A stretch of 63,251 nt of DNA, filler included, from Cercozoa sp. M6MM (lineage: Eukaryota; Protista; Endomyxa: Ascetosporea), in assembly GCA_040357565.1 (NCBI GenBank). It is 9 parts of 9 records of this genome, joined end to end, with 100 filler letters (N's around TTAATTAATTAA, not from the genome) between each part and the next. Parts side by side here need not be neighbours in the genome. Positions count along the whole stretch, not along the records: positions 36,742 to 42,921 come from JBDODJ010000776.1; positions 43,022 to 47,009 come from JBDODJ010001250.1; positions 47,110 to 51,170 come from JBDODJ010001233.1; positions 51,271 to 54,930 come from JBDODJ010001367.1; 5 more parts are not named here. One strand, 5' to 3'. The position numbers and the translations under genes were made by a program. The notes below the pieces were generated by a model that had not been told where the DNA came from, searched no databases, and was given only the letters and a program-made list of their open reading frames with translations. This document shows positions 37,445-53,223 of the stretch, one piece after another. Every line of letters begins with the position of its first letter. Positions within the stretch are counted from its first letter, which is position 1.

Positions 37445-38610
37445 CTAGTCGCTGCGGCTGTCTCCAACGCAAGCAGTGCGAAGAATGTGTTTGAGCTGTG
37501 TAATCGTCTGCTCGATCTTGCCCAACAATGCGGCGTTACTTTCGTAGCTAGAACACCGTTTGTAGGTAGGTTTAAATAAGTCGGAACGTGGTGTTGATAT
37601 GTACCGTTCTTGCACGCAGGCAACGAACTGTTTCTGCAACTGAGCCATCCTGTGTTCAAACTGAGACAACAGTCCCGCGAACTGAGTGGCGCGCTTTTTG
37701 CGAGCCTCTTCGAACTGTGGCATTTGTATCTCATTCAAATGAAACGTTAGTTTATTTAGTGCGCTGTACTTGCTCTCGGAGGAGGATAAACTCGTGTTTT
37801 CTCCGTACTGTTTCGTGTTTCATGATGTCGCATGCACGGCCTTCTGCTTCTTGCAACTTCTGTTTTCAGACAGAAACAAACTGAACCCCAGCTAAAGGAG
37901 AGCGAGAAAGAGCGACACAGAAGGCAAAGCGCAGCAACTAACTACAGTACCGATGCGATGTCCACATGCACTTTGTCTTGTTCAGCATGAAACTGCTCGA
38001 ACTCTACGCTAACCGCCGTGAGCTGAGACAGGATTTCAGCAGCTGCCTCGCGCACTCTTGGGTACTCCTGTTTGTTCTGCTTCACCTGTTTACAAAAAAG
38101 GCAACTCGACATATGTACAGGTATCTCCTACTGGGATGAGAATAGAGCACGTTTTGACGTACAGTTTCCGCAAGTTGTTCGATGCCAAGTTCGTCAATTT
38201 CTACAGGAAATGGTCGAAACCTACAACACAGCTGGGGACTAAGCTAGTGTTTGAGTACCTTTCTCCAGTTTCTGTAGCCTTTGCAAAGTTGGATGGAGAA
38301 AATCATCGCTCCAACTGGAGATCAGAGAGCTTGAGATGTCGCGTTGCAGATTTGCACGTTGCTCCTTGCGAAAAGCAGTATCTTCGGTCAGTTCGTTCCT
38401 ATATTACCCTGATGCTTGAATTGTTTTTGGAAAGAAAACTAAATCAATTATGGTTGAGAAAAGAAACCGTAGTCCGTCAATCTGCTCCCTCGCCAGCAGC
38501 CATCGCTTTTCGTCTCTCTCGAGCTCACGCAGCTTTGCAGCATTCATTAACTGCAGCAAGCGCTCATACGGTGTCTTTGCGGTCAAAACTGACTCCGAAA
38601 GTTCGCTCAT
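37445..38610 (-). CDS. Hypothetical coiled-coil protein
   Basis: Multi-exon, helical and E/K/R/Q-rich (LRELERDEKRWLLAREQ; FEHRMAQLQKQF). Confidence 0.55.
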
Positions 38611-38696
38611 CGGGCACTAACCTCACAACTAGGTAGTCAGTCACGGCATGAAACAGCCCAACTGACTAAATTTACAGTAGATCAAAGACCAAGGAT

Positions 38697-39185
38697 TTAG
38701 TTTGCAGTTGTCGGGTTCCGCGCGGATGCCATGCTGCACAAAGTCGGCAAAGCAGCGATTTCCTCGTCAGTGAAAAGTCGCGCTGGCGACCGTACGTCAG
38801 CTACACCCGAGTTCGCTTGCGGAGGTGGCGCTTGAGCATGCTGCCACGTCCACATCGGCTGCATTTCGATCGGTTGCATTTCAATCGGCTGGCCATGGAA
38901 CTTAGCCTGTGCCTGTGTGTGCCAATCCCACGTCTGTTGTTGCCAGGCATTGCTGTGCATGCTGTGTGTTTGACTAAATTGGTCCCACTCGTTGCTGTAG
39001 TGCAGTTGTTCTTGTCCCAGTTGAGTTGCCCAAGCAGAAAGTCCTTCTACTACGAAATACAAGTGAGAGAAGTGACGTAACCTCCTTCTAGATGAAGTGA
39101 GGTTACGTAAGCCAGATGCCTCGGAGAAGCTTGCGCACATGACGCCGACTCCGATAGCAACCAAGACAACTGATACGAGCTTCAT
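38697..39185 (-). CDS. Small secreted Q/W/H-rich protein
   Basis: Signal peptide MKLVSVVLVAIGVGVMCAS; one probable intron near 39050-39110. Confidence 0.6.
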   Translation of the reverse strand: MKLVSVVLVAIGVGVMCASFSEASGLRNLTSSRRRLRHFSHLYFVVEGLSAWATQLGQEQLHYSNEWDQFSQTHSMHSNAWQQQTWDWHTQAQAKFHGQPIEMQPIEMQPMWTWQHAQAPPPQANSGVADVRSPARLFTDEEIAALPTLCSMASARNPTTAN

Positions 39186-39637
39186 ACAGCCAGAATTTCG
39201 CCTTCCACTGACAGAAAAACTAAAATGATGTACTACTGCAGGCAGCGCACAACAGCTGGTGCTGAACTACAGGTGTACCGAAAGTTGTGAACACTAACTA
39301 AAATCGAGTCGCTCCCGAGTCGCACAATGTGCAATTGCAGTGGCGTGGAGATCCGCAGATTATTTAAATTGAGTTCTGCCAGGGTGTTTTACTTTCGGTT
39401 CCGAGCAAGCCTTCGGACTTTGCCTGGTTCGCACTGACAGCTCACCTGACGCAAACACGCGCCCTATGAAACACTCCGACTCGCTTATTCGCCTTGCTGT
39501 TTGCGAGGACTCTTGCGCTTCGGGAACGAGTCCTAGATAGTGAGAGTGGTGTCTGGTAAGCTTCGAGTCACAGAAACACTCGTGCCAGGGCAGGGTAGGT
39601 TTCTTTTGCGTGGCTTCTAGGAACAACCAAACCTTCA

Positions 39638-42203
39638 ATGAGCACGGTGGAAGAAGACGAAGACACACCGAGCTGGGACGCCACGACTGGTCGTCTCAGT
39701 GCCGACAGTAAGAACATGGACACTCAACGAGAAGACAAGAGCAAGGACGAGAACGACAACGCAGAGGCTGGGGAGTCAGATCGTGCCGGTTCCGACCACG
39801 AGGACGCCCTGAGTGGTGATCTTCTCAACAGCGACGACAGCCTCGATGACTCTGACGCAGTCGGTGGCGATGATGGCGACGGTGTCAGGGACACGCCCGA
39901 CACGGGCAAGGACACTGACTCTGGTCGGTACACTGACCAAGACACTGACGGTGACACCGACGGTGACACTAAGGGTGAAACTGATGTTGACTGACGGTGA
40001 CACTGACCGTGAACAACTCAGTGGCGTCAAACACTCGGCCAGTCGGCACAGCAGTAGTGGCAGCCGCATGTACCCCACTTGTCTCATCCCGCACAATGTG
40101 TACTAATTGTTACCCAAAGAAATGGCAACAGGGTTCTCGTGTCGAACGACGTGGACTCCGACTTTGAAACTGCCGAGGCGGGGGCCATTGGTGCGCACAA
40201 CAACTCGGCCGCGACTACAACACCCACAGTCACAGGAGCCAAGACGCATCTGATCATGTGTGTGCCTCCCGATGGGTACCTGCCGCAACACTTCCGTCCG
40301 CTCGCACAGGTAGACACTAATTTACATAGTTGGGATCCCCCAGTATGAGAACTGACATACCTGCATATGTCGTAGCGACTGGCAGACACGATCGGTCGTC
40401 GACCTGACGGGTCGGGCAGCGACACGCTCGTCACCATCACGCGATCAACGTACACGCACCAATTCGATGGCATTCAGAGGTGCGGCACTGCGGTGGCACG
40501 CGACATCGCGTTGGTATGATACGCAAGCGTCGATATATACATATGCCGTCGGTACATTACATATATACATGCGTTACCGATATAGCTCCTTTCGAACCAC
40601 TCTTCAATCACGCAACTGAGCCTGGTGGCGTGTGGAAGTGCCGGGCTGCATGCGTAAATTCCCTTCTTAAAGCTCTGTTTGATATTGTGGACGGTACTGC
40701 ATATAAATGGTAGCCGATACGCACTGGGTGTTCTTGAACACCGCTTGCGTCGCCTCGGCGTGCCCGAGCAGCGGTTCCGAGAGCTGCAGTTTGTGAACTT
40801 TGTCACCATGGGTTCGCCTCACCTTGGCGTGTTGCACCGACACAAGGTAGAATTTACACAGTGTGCATACATACACTTGTTAAACTGTGGTGTTGCAGGT
40901 GCTCTCGTCGGTGCAGCGACTGACACAGAACTGGACTGCTGGACAACTCGGACAAGAGCTCATGCTGTACGCCTCATTGCTTTGGCACATTTCTATTAGT
41001 GTGCATAGTGAGGCTTCATACCGTTGCAGAAAGGACATGACACGTGCCAACTGGCTGGCTCTCGATGACAGCGTCGACACGGTAAGCTTGGGTCTGTGAC
41101 ACATGGATCATGTCTTAATTTTGCCCTGGAGTAGGAGGAGGAAGAGCAACAAGAGGAGCGGCCCATACTTGTACTTCCACCTGCCACCTGAATAGTGGAG
41201 TTGAAGGGAACTGTACTTTGTAGGAGTGGCTCGCACTGCCTCCCTTTGTCGACACGCTGGCTCGCTTCGAGAACATTCTGATGGTATCTCACCGTAAATA
41301 GAACTACTGCTGTCGTAGCTTCGATTCAGCTGAAACATCGTTTCCGCAGGTTGCAGCGGTGCGCGGAGACGTGTTTCACGGCTTCGCAAGTTGCACTTGC
41401 CTGTGCGAGGACCCGTTCGAGAATCGGTAAATTTAGATAGTACAGCTTATTTAGTATTGCGATGGGGTCGCATATGCTGACTTCTCCTTGAGACAGGCGA
41501 CTCTCGCTGCTGCCAGTCACGGACTTGCACGTGTCAAGTGAGGCCTCTCAGTCGCATTCGCCCTCTCTGTCGGCCAGCGTGTCAAGAGGCGCCTCTGAAA
41601 GCAAGACTTCCTCTGTTGCTCCGAAAAAGAGTGTTTTGGTCGACACTGAGCGTTTCCGACTGCCCTCGGGTGCCGGCAAATTCGAGACGCCAGTGCCTTC
41701 AGATGTAAGCGTTGTTGCTACAGTGCTTTGACGCATTCTACCATACCTGTAACTCTGGACAGATGTTGCGACATGTGTGGCAAATGACCTCGTGTCTGGA
41801 GGCCTACTCTGTGCTCGACGAGCGGCGTCTCTCTCGCCTTCCTGTACCCAACACAATCCTGATTTCTATTGCAGTCGCACAGCATCTCATCGGCATGTTG
41901 TGGGCATCATGTGACTCTTGCCGCAGGTGATTTTCGGGTGGCGTTTCACACGTGCAAGCGCGTGGCTGTGCGGTAGGGAAACTCGGGGGTAATACAGATG
42001 TAATTGACAATATCTCGGTGTTGTAGACCGTCAACACAACGTCGCACCTGGATCGACACAAGAACAGGTGCACGAAGCCATCACGCAGCGCATGCTGCAT
42101 CACCAGCACACCGAGCGCACAGGTGTCGTTTCGGAATCCGTTCGCGGGGAAGAAGATCTGGCTGACATCAGTCTGCTCAATGCTGCCGACTCGAGTTGAC
42201 TAG
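39638..42203 (+). CDS. DUF676/FAM135-type alpha/beta-hydrolase-like protein with an acidic N-terminus
   Basis: HLIMCV, FDGIQRCGTAVARDI, LSLVACGSAGLHARYALG, FVNFVTMGSPHLGV, LGQELML, LVDTLARFEN; 3' end uncertain. Confidence 0.7.
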
Positions 42204-43021
42204 CGGGCGTCAGGACTAATTTTAATGCCGACGATGACGCTGCCGTGGCAGCGCCGGGTCGCCGTCTGCCTGAGCCTGTGCGCCCGCCGAACTCTCCGAG
42301 CTAAAGTAAACTTAAAGTAAGTTACTTTGGGAACTTTTATCAAAAAGCTAAAGAGGCCACGCGTTAGCGTTGCATGCCATAGCTACCGGCTTCTGTCCGG
42401 GTAGTCTGCAACATCGAGTCAGGATCGCACCTGCCACTGCTTCTGCCGAAGCAAATGACAGTCAAGTTGTCATCTGACTACTCATCAGCGCGGATGATCA
42501 AATCTAAACCAGCATGGTTAATAGTGAAGGATTTGTTTTGCTAGACCTGACTTCCTCGCTTGGGTCAAGCTTTCTACAGTTCACACACTTTGACTGCAGT
42601 ACTTGGGCTGTTTTTTAATCAACAAGCCTTCGAGCTTTCGACGAGCTTTTCTACAAGGGTATGTCTTCTAATCCTCCGCATCGACGCCATTCTAACTGAC
42701 GTTTTACCTCCTTTATTTAGTCGTCTTCCTTCAATACCTCAGTTACTGGTTTCCTTATCGGAACAAATTAGAGCTTCAGTAGCGCAGGGTGGTACAATCA
42801 GTGCGCGGTTCAATCAAACGAAAGACCCACGGTAGGCCAGGCTAGCCGAGTCACAGCAGTCGCAGGTCGAGCTCAAAGTCCTCGTCGTCGCTGAAGAAGT
42901 GCTCACTACAGGGGGGTGGGGNNNNNNNNNNNNNNNNNNNNNNNNNNNNNNNNNNNNNNNNNNNNTTAATTAATTAANNNNNNNNNNNNNNNNNNNNNNN
43001 NNNNNNNNNNNNNNNNNNNNN

Positions 43022-44049
43022 GTGTGTGTCAGCAGTGACCGAGATCGTGCAGATCGAGCGAGCGCGTGCCAGTGCGCGACGTGTTGGTACCTCCTTTCTG
43101 GGGGGGGGGGGGTAGAGAGGGGGGTAAATACTATGTATAACTGCGCAGCACGCGTGGTGGCGCGGCGGCGCAAGCGGTGGTTCCGAGTGCGTCGCACAGG
43201 CTCGATGATGCTGCTGCTGTCGTTGCTGCTGTTGGCACTCGAGGCCTCGCAGGTCGTGCTGTGGCTCCGCGCGGATCCGCTTGACTCCGAGATGGCGCTG
43301 CCTTCGCTGCCATGGCCTCTGACGGTAGTCCCCTACCCCCTGTTTACCCCCTGTTTACCCCTCTGTTTACCCCCAGGACGCACCGGCCTTCACGGCGTCG
43401 ATACTTTTTGTGTGGCTCACGGGACCTGCCTCAAGCAGCGCCGTTCGTGCCGCTGTATTCTTACCCCCTTGACCACCATATAGTCCTCTACCCCCCTTTA
43501 CTCCCTCCCGTCAACAGGTGCGACAGCGACAGCAGCACCGGCGTCGCGAGCGCATGCGTCCGCGCGAACGGAGGCGAGAAACGCGGCGGCGGCAGGATCA
43601 GCACGCGCATCTGCACCTGCGGACGCAGGCGCACCGGCACGCGCACCGTCACGCGCACACCGGGTACGTCGAGGTGTCGGGCGACGAGGCCGGCGTTCCC
43701 TCCTACCGCACGCAACAACAAAAACAACAACAACAACAACAACAACAACAGCACGAAAAACAACAACAAGTTCCCCAGCAACTGCGATACGACGATGCCC
43801 CCACCCGTACACTCCCTTGTTCTCGACCCTCTGCCTTTTCTGGTATTTCTCTGAGTGTCCGCTGGGACAGCCACAACGACACGCACGAGGTATCCCGTGC
43901 GACACAAGAGGCAGCAGCAGCAGCAGCAGCAGCAGCGTCACAAAAATGCCAGGCACACCGACACGGTTCGCATCGACATCGACGTCGACATCGACATCGA
44001 CGCTGACTCGGACGGCTACCTCGCCGATCACGAGCTCAGCGATCTCTGA
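43022..44049 (+). CDS. 3' fragment of a membrane protein with a polyQ tail
   Basis: Hydrophobic LLLLSLLLLALEASQVVLWL, later a Q-run; 5' end lost in a spacer. Confidence 0.4.
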
Positions 44050-44458
44050 CGCCTGCTCCTGCGACTATGAACTAAAGCCACGACTGAACATCATGTAACA
44101 TAGCACTTAACAACTTCAACAACGCAACAACTTTCAGTGCCCAAACTACGACTCACCAAGCTACTCCCCACCGACTGATCATATTACTTGCACTGCACCA
44201 AGCAGTGTTTTTCGTGCTTAGAGGCCTGTTTCTAGTACCAGTGCTTTCACGCAGCCGGAGAACGTGTCTGTGAGGCCCCTGAGGCCTGGGCAAGAACTCT
44301 GGGATGTTGTCTCTCACGAACAAAAATTTCGTCCGGAGCAATCGATTGCTCGCATCGGTGCTGCTACTGCTGGCGATTGTCTCTGTCAGTGCCGGGTTTG
44401 AGGTAGCCTGATCGCTTGCTTTCGACGTGCGGTGTTGGTTGTTGTCATACGCCTGTAT

Positions 44459-46900
<2,442 letters not shown>

Positions 46901-46915
46901 TCTTTTTATGTAACC

Positions 46916-47009
<94 letters not shown>

Positions 47010-47109
47010 NNNNNNNNNNNNNNNNNNNNNNNNNNNNNNNNNNNNNNNNNNNNTTAATTAATTAANNNNNNNNNNNNNNNNNNNNNNNNNNNNNNNNNNN
47101 NNNNNNNNN

Positions 47110-50100
47110 ATATATGTGCACCCAGTCGATGCGTCTGTTCGAGCGAGCACGTCGACGTGTCTCGCTCAGTTCAGGCACAGCGGGAGGAGGCACGCGGCCG
47201 CGCCGGAAGAAACCGCCGCAGCAGGCAGGAAGAAGCTCTGGTGCGTCCGGGTCGAGTCAGCACAGCGATGACGACACGGGCACGCACGTGCGCTTCGAGG
47301 ACGCGCCGGCGTCGTACCTGCAGCTCGTGTGTCCGCGCGTACACAGTCTGCGTACGCGCGGACACCGGCGCGTGCACTCGTCGTCGGCGGTGCAGTTACT
47401 GAGCAAGTCGTCGTCGGTATCGTCGGTGGTGGTGCACACGCTGAGCAGGCCCGGCGTTTCTCCGGCCGCCGTGGACACGTCCGCGCGGACGCAGCAGCGG
47501 ACGCAGCATCGGTCGGTGGCACTGACGCTGCTGTTCGAGCGGGACTCCGTGCAGTGTCTCAGCGACGGCGACAGCAGTGACAGCGATGGTGACACTGACG
47601 GTTGCTGGCAGTACGCGATCGGTTTCACCGGTGTGACCACTGCCGACGGTGCCGTCACCGTTGATGCCGTCGCAGACACCGTCGCAGACACCGTCGCAGA
47701 AACCGTTGATGTCGACAGTGACAGCGACAGCGGCAGCAACAAAGACGGTGTGGTCAGTGACGTTGCCGGTATCAAGGACGGTGTCAACGACAGTGTCGAC
47801 GACGGTGTCAACAGTACCGTCAACGACAGCGGCATCAGTGGCATTCTGAGCGACCACGTGATCGACGGTGACACCACCACCGACACCGACGGTGACACCG
47901 ACGGTCTCAGCGACCTCGAGGCGCCCGACGAACTGCCGCCGCCGCCGCCGCGCGCGCCGACGCTCCCAATGCTGCCGTCGCCTCTGGGTGTCTTACCCCC
48001 CTGTTCCCCTTTACCCCCAAGTTGACCCCCCCCCCCTGTTGACCCCCCCCCCCCGCAGAGTACCCGATTGAATCGCCGCTTGCGCCAGCTATGCCGCCAC
48101 CGCCGGTGCCGACGCAAGTTCGACTGTCCGACAGGTATCCTTTGCACCTATCCTACCTTCGCTACCCGACCCCCTATCTATCCCTACCCTATTCCTACCT
48201 TACCCTTATCTTTACCCTTATCCTTACCGTACCCGTAGCGACGACTCAATGCTGGACGAGTTGTCGATGTCGGCGACAGCGACAGGTACAGACACGGCCA
48301 AGAGCGACACCAGGGAGGACCAGCACCAGACGGACCAGACGGACCGGAACCAGAAGCTCCAGGACCAGGGCCACAAGGACAGGGTAGACTGGGACCAACA
48401 GGACCACAAGGATGGTGCTGGTGTCATGGAGGATGACGAGACGCCGCCCGTGTCGCCCGTTGCGCCGACCGAGTCGCTGTCGGAGCGACTGCGCCGCGAC
48501 ATGATGTTGCTGAGGTACACACTCCTGTCTACACATATATACCTGTGTATGTACCTCTATGTTTATATATATATATATACACCTGTATATATGGACCTTT
48601 ATATATGGACCTTTATATATGGACCTTTATATATGAACCTTTATATATGAACCTGTATGTGCGAACATTTGGAACAGTTAATGTACATATGGACCAGTAT
48701 CTGTGGCGTATGTGGACCGGTACATGTGTACATGCAGGGACGACACTAGCAGCGACGATGACGACGATGGACCTCTGCTGTGGCACCGGTCGGAGCAGCT
48801 GCACGACGGCCTGGCCGACCACTCTGACGATGAGGCCGAGGAACCGATTCCACTGCTGTCGCGTCAGGCGCTGCGACACAATCGCGTCGATCTCACTGTA
48901 GGCTCTACCTCTTTACCCCCTGAATTACCTCCCCCTGTTTAGGGGGGGGGGGGGCGGGACCCCTGTGTGCAGCCGTCGCAGCGCAAGCGAATGTCGTGGG
49001 CCGACCTGTGCGGCGCCGAACTCATTCAGCCGCGTTCGCCGACACTGAGTAGTTTTTGGGGCCCCCCCCCCCCCCCACACCCTTTACCTCCCCTTTACCC
49101 TCCCCGGCGGTAGGTTCGAGTGGACACATGAGTGCTTCGGTGCCGAATTCGCCGTTGTACGCGACACCACAGTCGCAACAGTCGACACTGCCGTGTGTCA
49201 TGGAGGGTGTGCACAGTGATCTTTCGCTGCGACTGACACCGTCGCTGACACTGTCCGTGTCGGCACCGTCACCAGTGGCACGTGCGCGCAGTCAGTCCGA
49301 TCAGCCGCAGTCGCCGACGGTGACACTGACGCTGCGCTCGTGTCTCAAGCGGCGGCCCCTGCGGCCTGAGGACTTGTACGCCCCTTTACCCCCTTAACCC
49401 TTTACCCCTTTACCCTTTATCCCCTTAGCTCTTTACCCCCTTAGCCCTTTACCCCCTTAGCCCTTTACCCCCTTAGCCCTTTACCCCTTAGCCCTTTACC
49501 CCTTGGCCCTTTACCCTCCTTAGCCCTTTACCCCCCTTAGCCCTTTACCCCCCGTGTTGGTACCACAGGCGACAGCGGAAGCGGCAGTGCGAGTTCCTCG
49601 AGTTGCTACAGCGCGAGCAGAAGCACGCCGAGACGTGTCGACACGGTGCACGAGTCTACAAGGTCGGACCCGGGTATGTTTGTACGGTTTGAGCGGTCCA
49701 TCTGTACTTGTGGTGGTCCATCTGTACATGAGGTGGTCTATGTACATCAGGTGATCCATATGTAAGTGATGTGTATGTGTATGGCAGCGGCAAGAAGCAG
49801 CGCCGCTTCTTCCAGGTAAGCGGGGACGTGCTGCGGTGGTCGACGCACAAGGCGACACACAAGGTCAAATCGCGCCAACTGCCGTTGTACGACCTCATCG
49901 CCATGTGGCCCGGCAACACGCTCGGACGCTTCCGAGGTACCCCCTACCCCGACCCTTTATCCCCTCACGTCTTTATCCCCTGCCGCCCTGCATTGTAGAA
50001 TCACCTGACGTTACGCCTTGGCGGTGTTTGACGTACTGTGTGCTCTATGAGCCTTTCATCCCCTCACCCACCCCTTTAACTCCCTACCTCACAGGTTAGC

Positions 50101-50720
50101 CTTCATGACACGCGACGTACAACTGTTGTTCGCGACGGATGAGGAGTTCATCCAGTGGTTCCTCGGCATTCAGTCGGTGGCGCCCATGTCGCGCAGTCGT
50201 AGACCTCCTCTACCCTTGCCCCCTATACCCTTGCCTCCTTTACCCTTGCCCCCTTTACCCTTGCCCCTCGGCCCCTACCCCTGCGCTTTAGGCATGTCCC
50301 GTGGTGCCTTGCTCTGGTGGCGAATGAAGCAAAAACTCCGACTGCGCTCGCGTTCGGTAGGCTTTTTTTTTTGCTTGCTTGCTCTTGCGTGATTGTACTG
50401 ATGGTTGGTGTACTTACAGTGGGCCAGGAGCCACAACTGCGAGCCGCTGTGGCGCTTTGTTTGCGACCTACGACAGGTACGGATCTTGTTGACCCTGTCT
50501 GGACCTTTGTTTCTGGTTGATTGATATGTTCACGCCATGAACAGTACGACGAGTTTGTGGCAAGCGATCTGGCCGAACACGTCGCTTTCGTATGTTTGTG
50601 TTCCCTGCCTTCCATTTGCTATGCGACAACTGAAACTACGCTCTTCTATTCGGACAGGTGCGAAGCTGCTACGAGCCTGTGGAAGAGGACTTCTAAATTT
50701 AATCCGACTCGGGCATCATA
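47110..50720 (+). CDS. Low-complexity protein with a C-terminal PH domain, 5' truncated
   Basis: GKKQRRFFQVSGDVLRWS...LPLYDLIAMWPG...RCLT..MTRDVQLLFATDEEFIQWFLGIQ, a PLC/Num1-type PH pattern. Confidence 0.65.
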
Positions 50721-51270
50721 GCACGGCACATCATTGATCAATTAGGCACCGGCAGTTGCAAACTGAATGGCACCATTGGCACGGCATCGCATCGCATTGT
50801 TTCGTTTTGTTTCTCATGTCATTTGATTGTTGTCTCGAGCTAAAGCCGACCAGATTCCCAGTTGGTGACAACGCCAGCGTTCCGCTCGTTCCAACAACGT
50901 TTTGGAACAGCAGATCTTGTCGTTGTCGTCCATACTCCAAACCGACGCGCAAATGGTCAGGTACGTATTCAAAGACGCCAGAAATAACGAAGCAGTCCTC
51001 TTAATTTTCCTGTCGATAAATTTACAGGTCGCTCAATAAAAGCAAGATGTGCTCGGCTTAGTTTAAAGCAGGGGGCACTCCATTGCAGATAATTTAATTT
51101 GAATTCACTAGCAGCTGCTCCTTGTACGTTGCTCGACTTCCCAAACCAAAGCCACTGTCTTTTTTTTTTTNNNNNNNNNNNNNNNNNNNNNNNNNNNNNN
51201 NNNNNNNNNNNNNNTTAATTAATTAANNNNNNNNNNNNNNNNNNNNNNNNNNNNNNNNNNNNNNNNNNNN

Positions 51271-51318
<48 letters not shown>

Positions 51319-51319
51319 T

Positions 51320-52772
51320 AGGCTACCGGCATCGGCAAAGAGCTGCTCGGGGTAGTTGTAGATGAGCTGTCGGTTGATGAAGACGTTGCAGCCGTGGTCG
51401 AGGATCTTGGCGACCTTGTCCTTCATGCGCTTCTTCTCGGCCTTCTCAAGCTTGGCCACCTGGGCCATCGACGACGTGCGCACCTTGGCCGAGTAGATCT
51501 TGATCTTGTCCGTGTCCATCGCCGTGTTGGCCACCAAAATCTTGGCGTTCTCGATGCGACGCGGCTGGCCAACACTGCGACCGGGGGAGGGGGGAAGGTA
51601 AGCGAGAAATGGGGGAGGGTAAGCGAGAAACGGGGAGGGGTAAAGGGTGGTGGTATTAGAGAAGGGGTACCCAATCTTCTTGTTGAGAATGAAGCCGTGC
51701 TCGAGACGCGAATCGCCGAGCTGACCACCGACCTTCTTGATGATCTGGATATGGTCCAGGTTGGTGCTGCCCTTGAGACGCAGCACGGCGTCCACGGCCA
51801 GCTGTGCGAACTGTTCCTTGTGCACCGTCAGGATCTTGGACGACAGCGTCGTGCGCGCAATGTTAATCAGGTCGCGTCGGAACTGGAGTGGAGGGGGGTA
51901 AGGTGAAAGGTATCGGGGATAAGGTAAAGGGCACAGGGGACAGGAAAGAGTAAGGGCAAACGGCAAGGGCAGGGAGACAAGCTTCACGGTACCGCCTCCT
52001 CGTCAGCACTGTTGTCCACAGCGGCGCCCTCGAGCGCCGCCAAAGCGGCCTTCACAGCCTTGCGCCAGCCGGCCACGATAGTTTGCGGGTGGATCTTCAG
52101 TTCCACCAGGCGCTACACACAGACAGAATCATTGAGAACATCTTGGGGTATCTTGAGACAATTAGGGCAACAGTCAGATACCTCGGCCTCACGGAGCAGC
52201 TCGCCGGCCAGCACGGTGACTGACGTGGTGCCGTCGCCGACCTCGGCGTCCTGCGTCTTGGACACGTCGATGAGAATACGCGCCGCCGGGTTGTCAATGT
52301 GCAGGGACTGCAGAATCGTAGCGCCGTCGTTCGTGACCGACACATCCTTGCCAGGCACGCCGTTCGGGTCGGTGCTCTGCAAGATCTTGTCCATGCCTGC
52401 ACAGCAACACGTTGCACTCTCACCATCTATCGCACGTCTACTTCCTTGAAGTAGCAAAAGTACCCTTGGGACCCATCGTCGTCTTCACGAGATCAGCCAC
52501 GGCGATTGCCGCGTAGAAGGTCGACTGCACAGAACATACAGTTTACAGAAACTCGAAGATTAAATGAAAAGCAGCGAGACATGGCAAAACACAAGAAACA
52601 ATTTCATTTTTTCATTCCAATTAATTGATTGCTGCGAAGCAGGCTTGCAACGCAAAGAAGAATCTGCATGCTGGCACACAGAACAACGCACCAAGCGGGC
52701 ATGCTCGCCCTTCTCTTCTCGAGAGCTCGAGACGAGCTGGTTCTGGTCAAGCGACCGAATGCCGCCGTACAT
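51320..52772 (-). CDS. CCT2: T-complex protein 1 subunit beta, 5' part
   Basis: [75 protein letters not shown]. Confidence 0.97.
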
Positions 52773-53223
52773 AGTCGTTACTGGTCCGTTCACGATCGAC
52801 ACACGTCTTGGAATCGCACAACGAGTGCAAAGACGCCTCTAGACGGAGCGCCCAAAATAATATACAAAAAAAAGTGCAAACGCAAAATACCAATAATCTG
52901 TGCTAAGAATAGAGTTTTGCCAGCCCGGGAGCTGATATAAGCTAAATTAGATTGCTATTTTAGTATCTTTTAAGCCGACAAGTACTCGGTTTCCGATCGG
53001 GATGGCGAGTATTACTTATGCGCGTGTTGAAGAGCGGTGCCTTCGTACTTTCCCGTCACGCGTGAGCCCGACACGCACTCTTCGCTAGATCCATCAGCCG
53101 TTTCGTGTATTAGACGTTGCATACGCACACGGTGCACGCGTGGATTAGTGTGCACGCTGAGCTAGCTACCAACTTCCGTCGGTCGGCTGAGTTTTTTTTC
53201 AGTTTTTCTCACCCATAAGCAAG

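Noticed and set aside
49380-49555. Telomere-like TTTACCC arrays
   Set aside because: The G strand reads GGGTAAA, not TTAGGG or TTTAGGG, and the arrays are intronic and internal.
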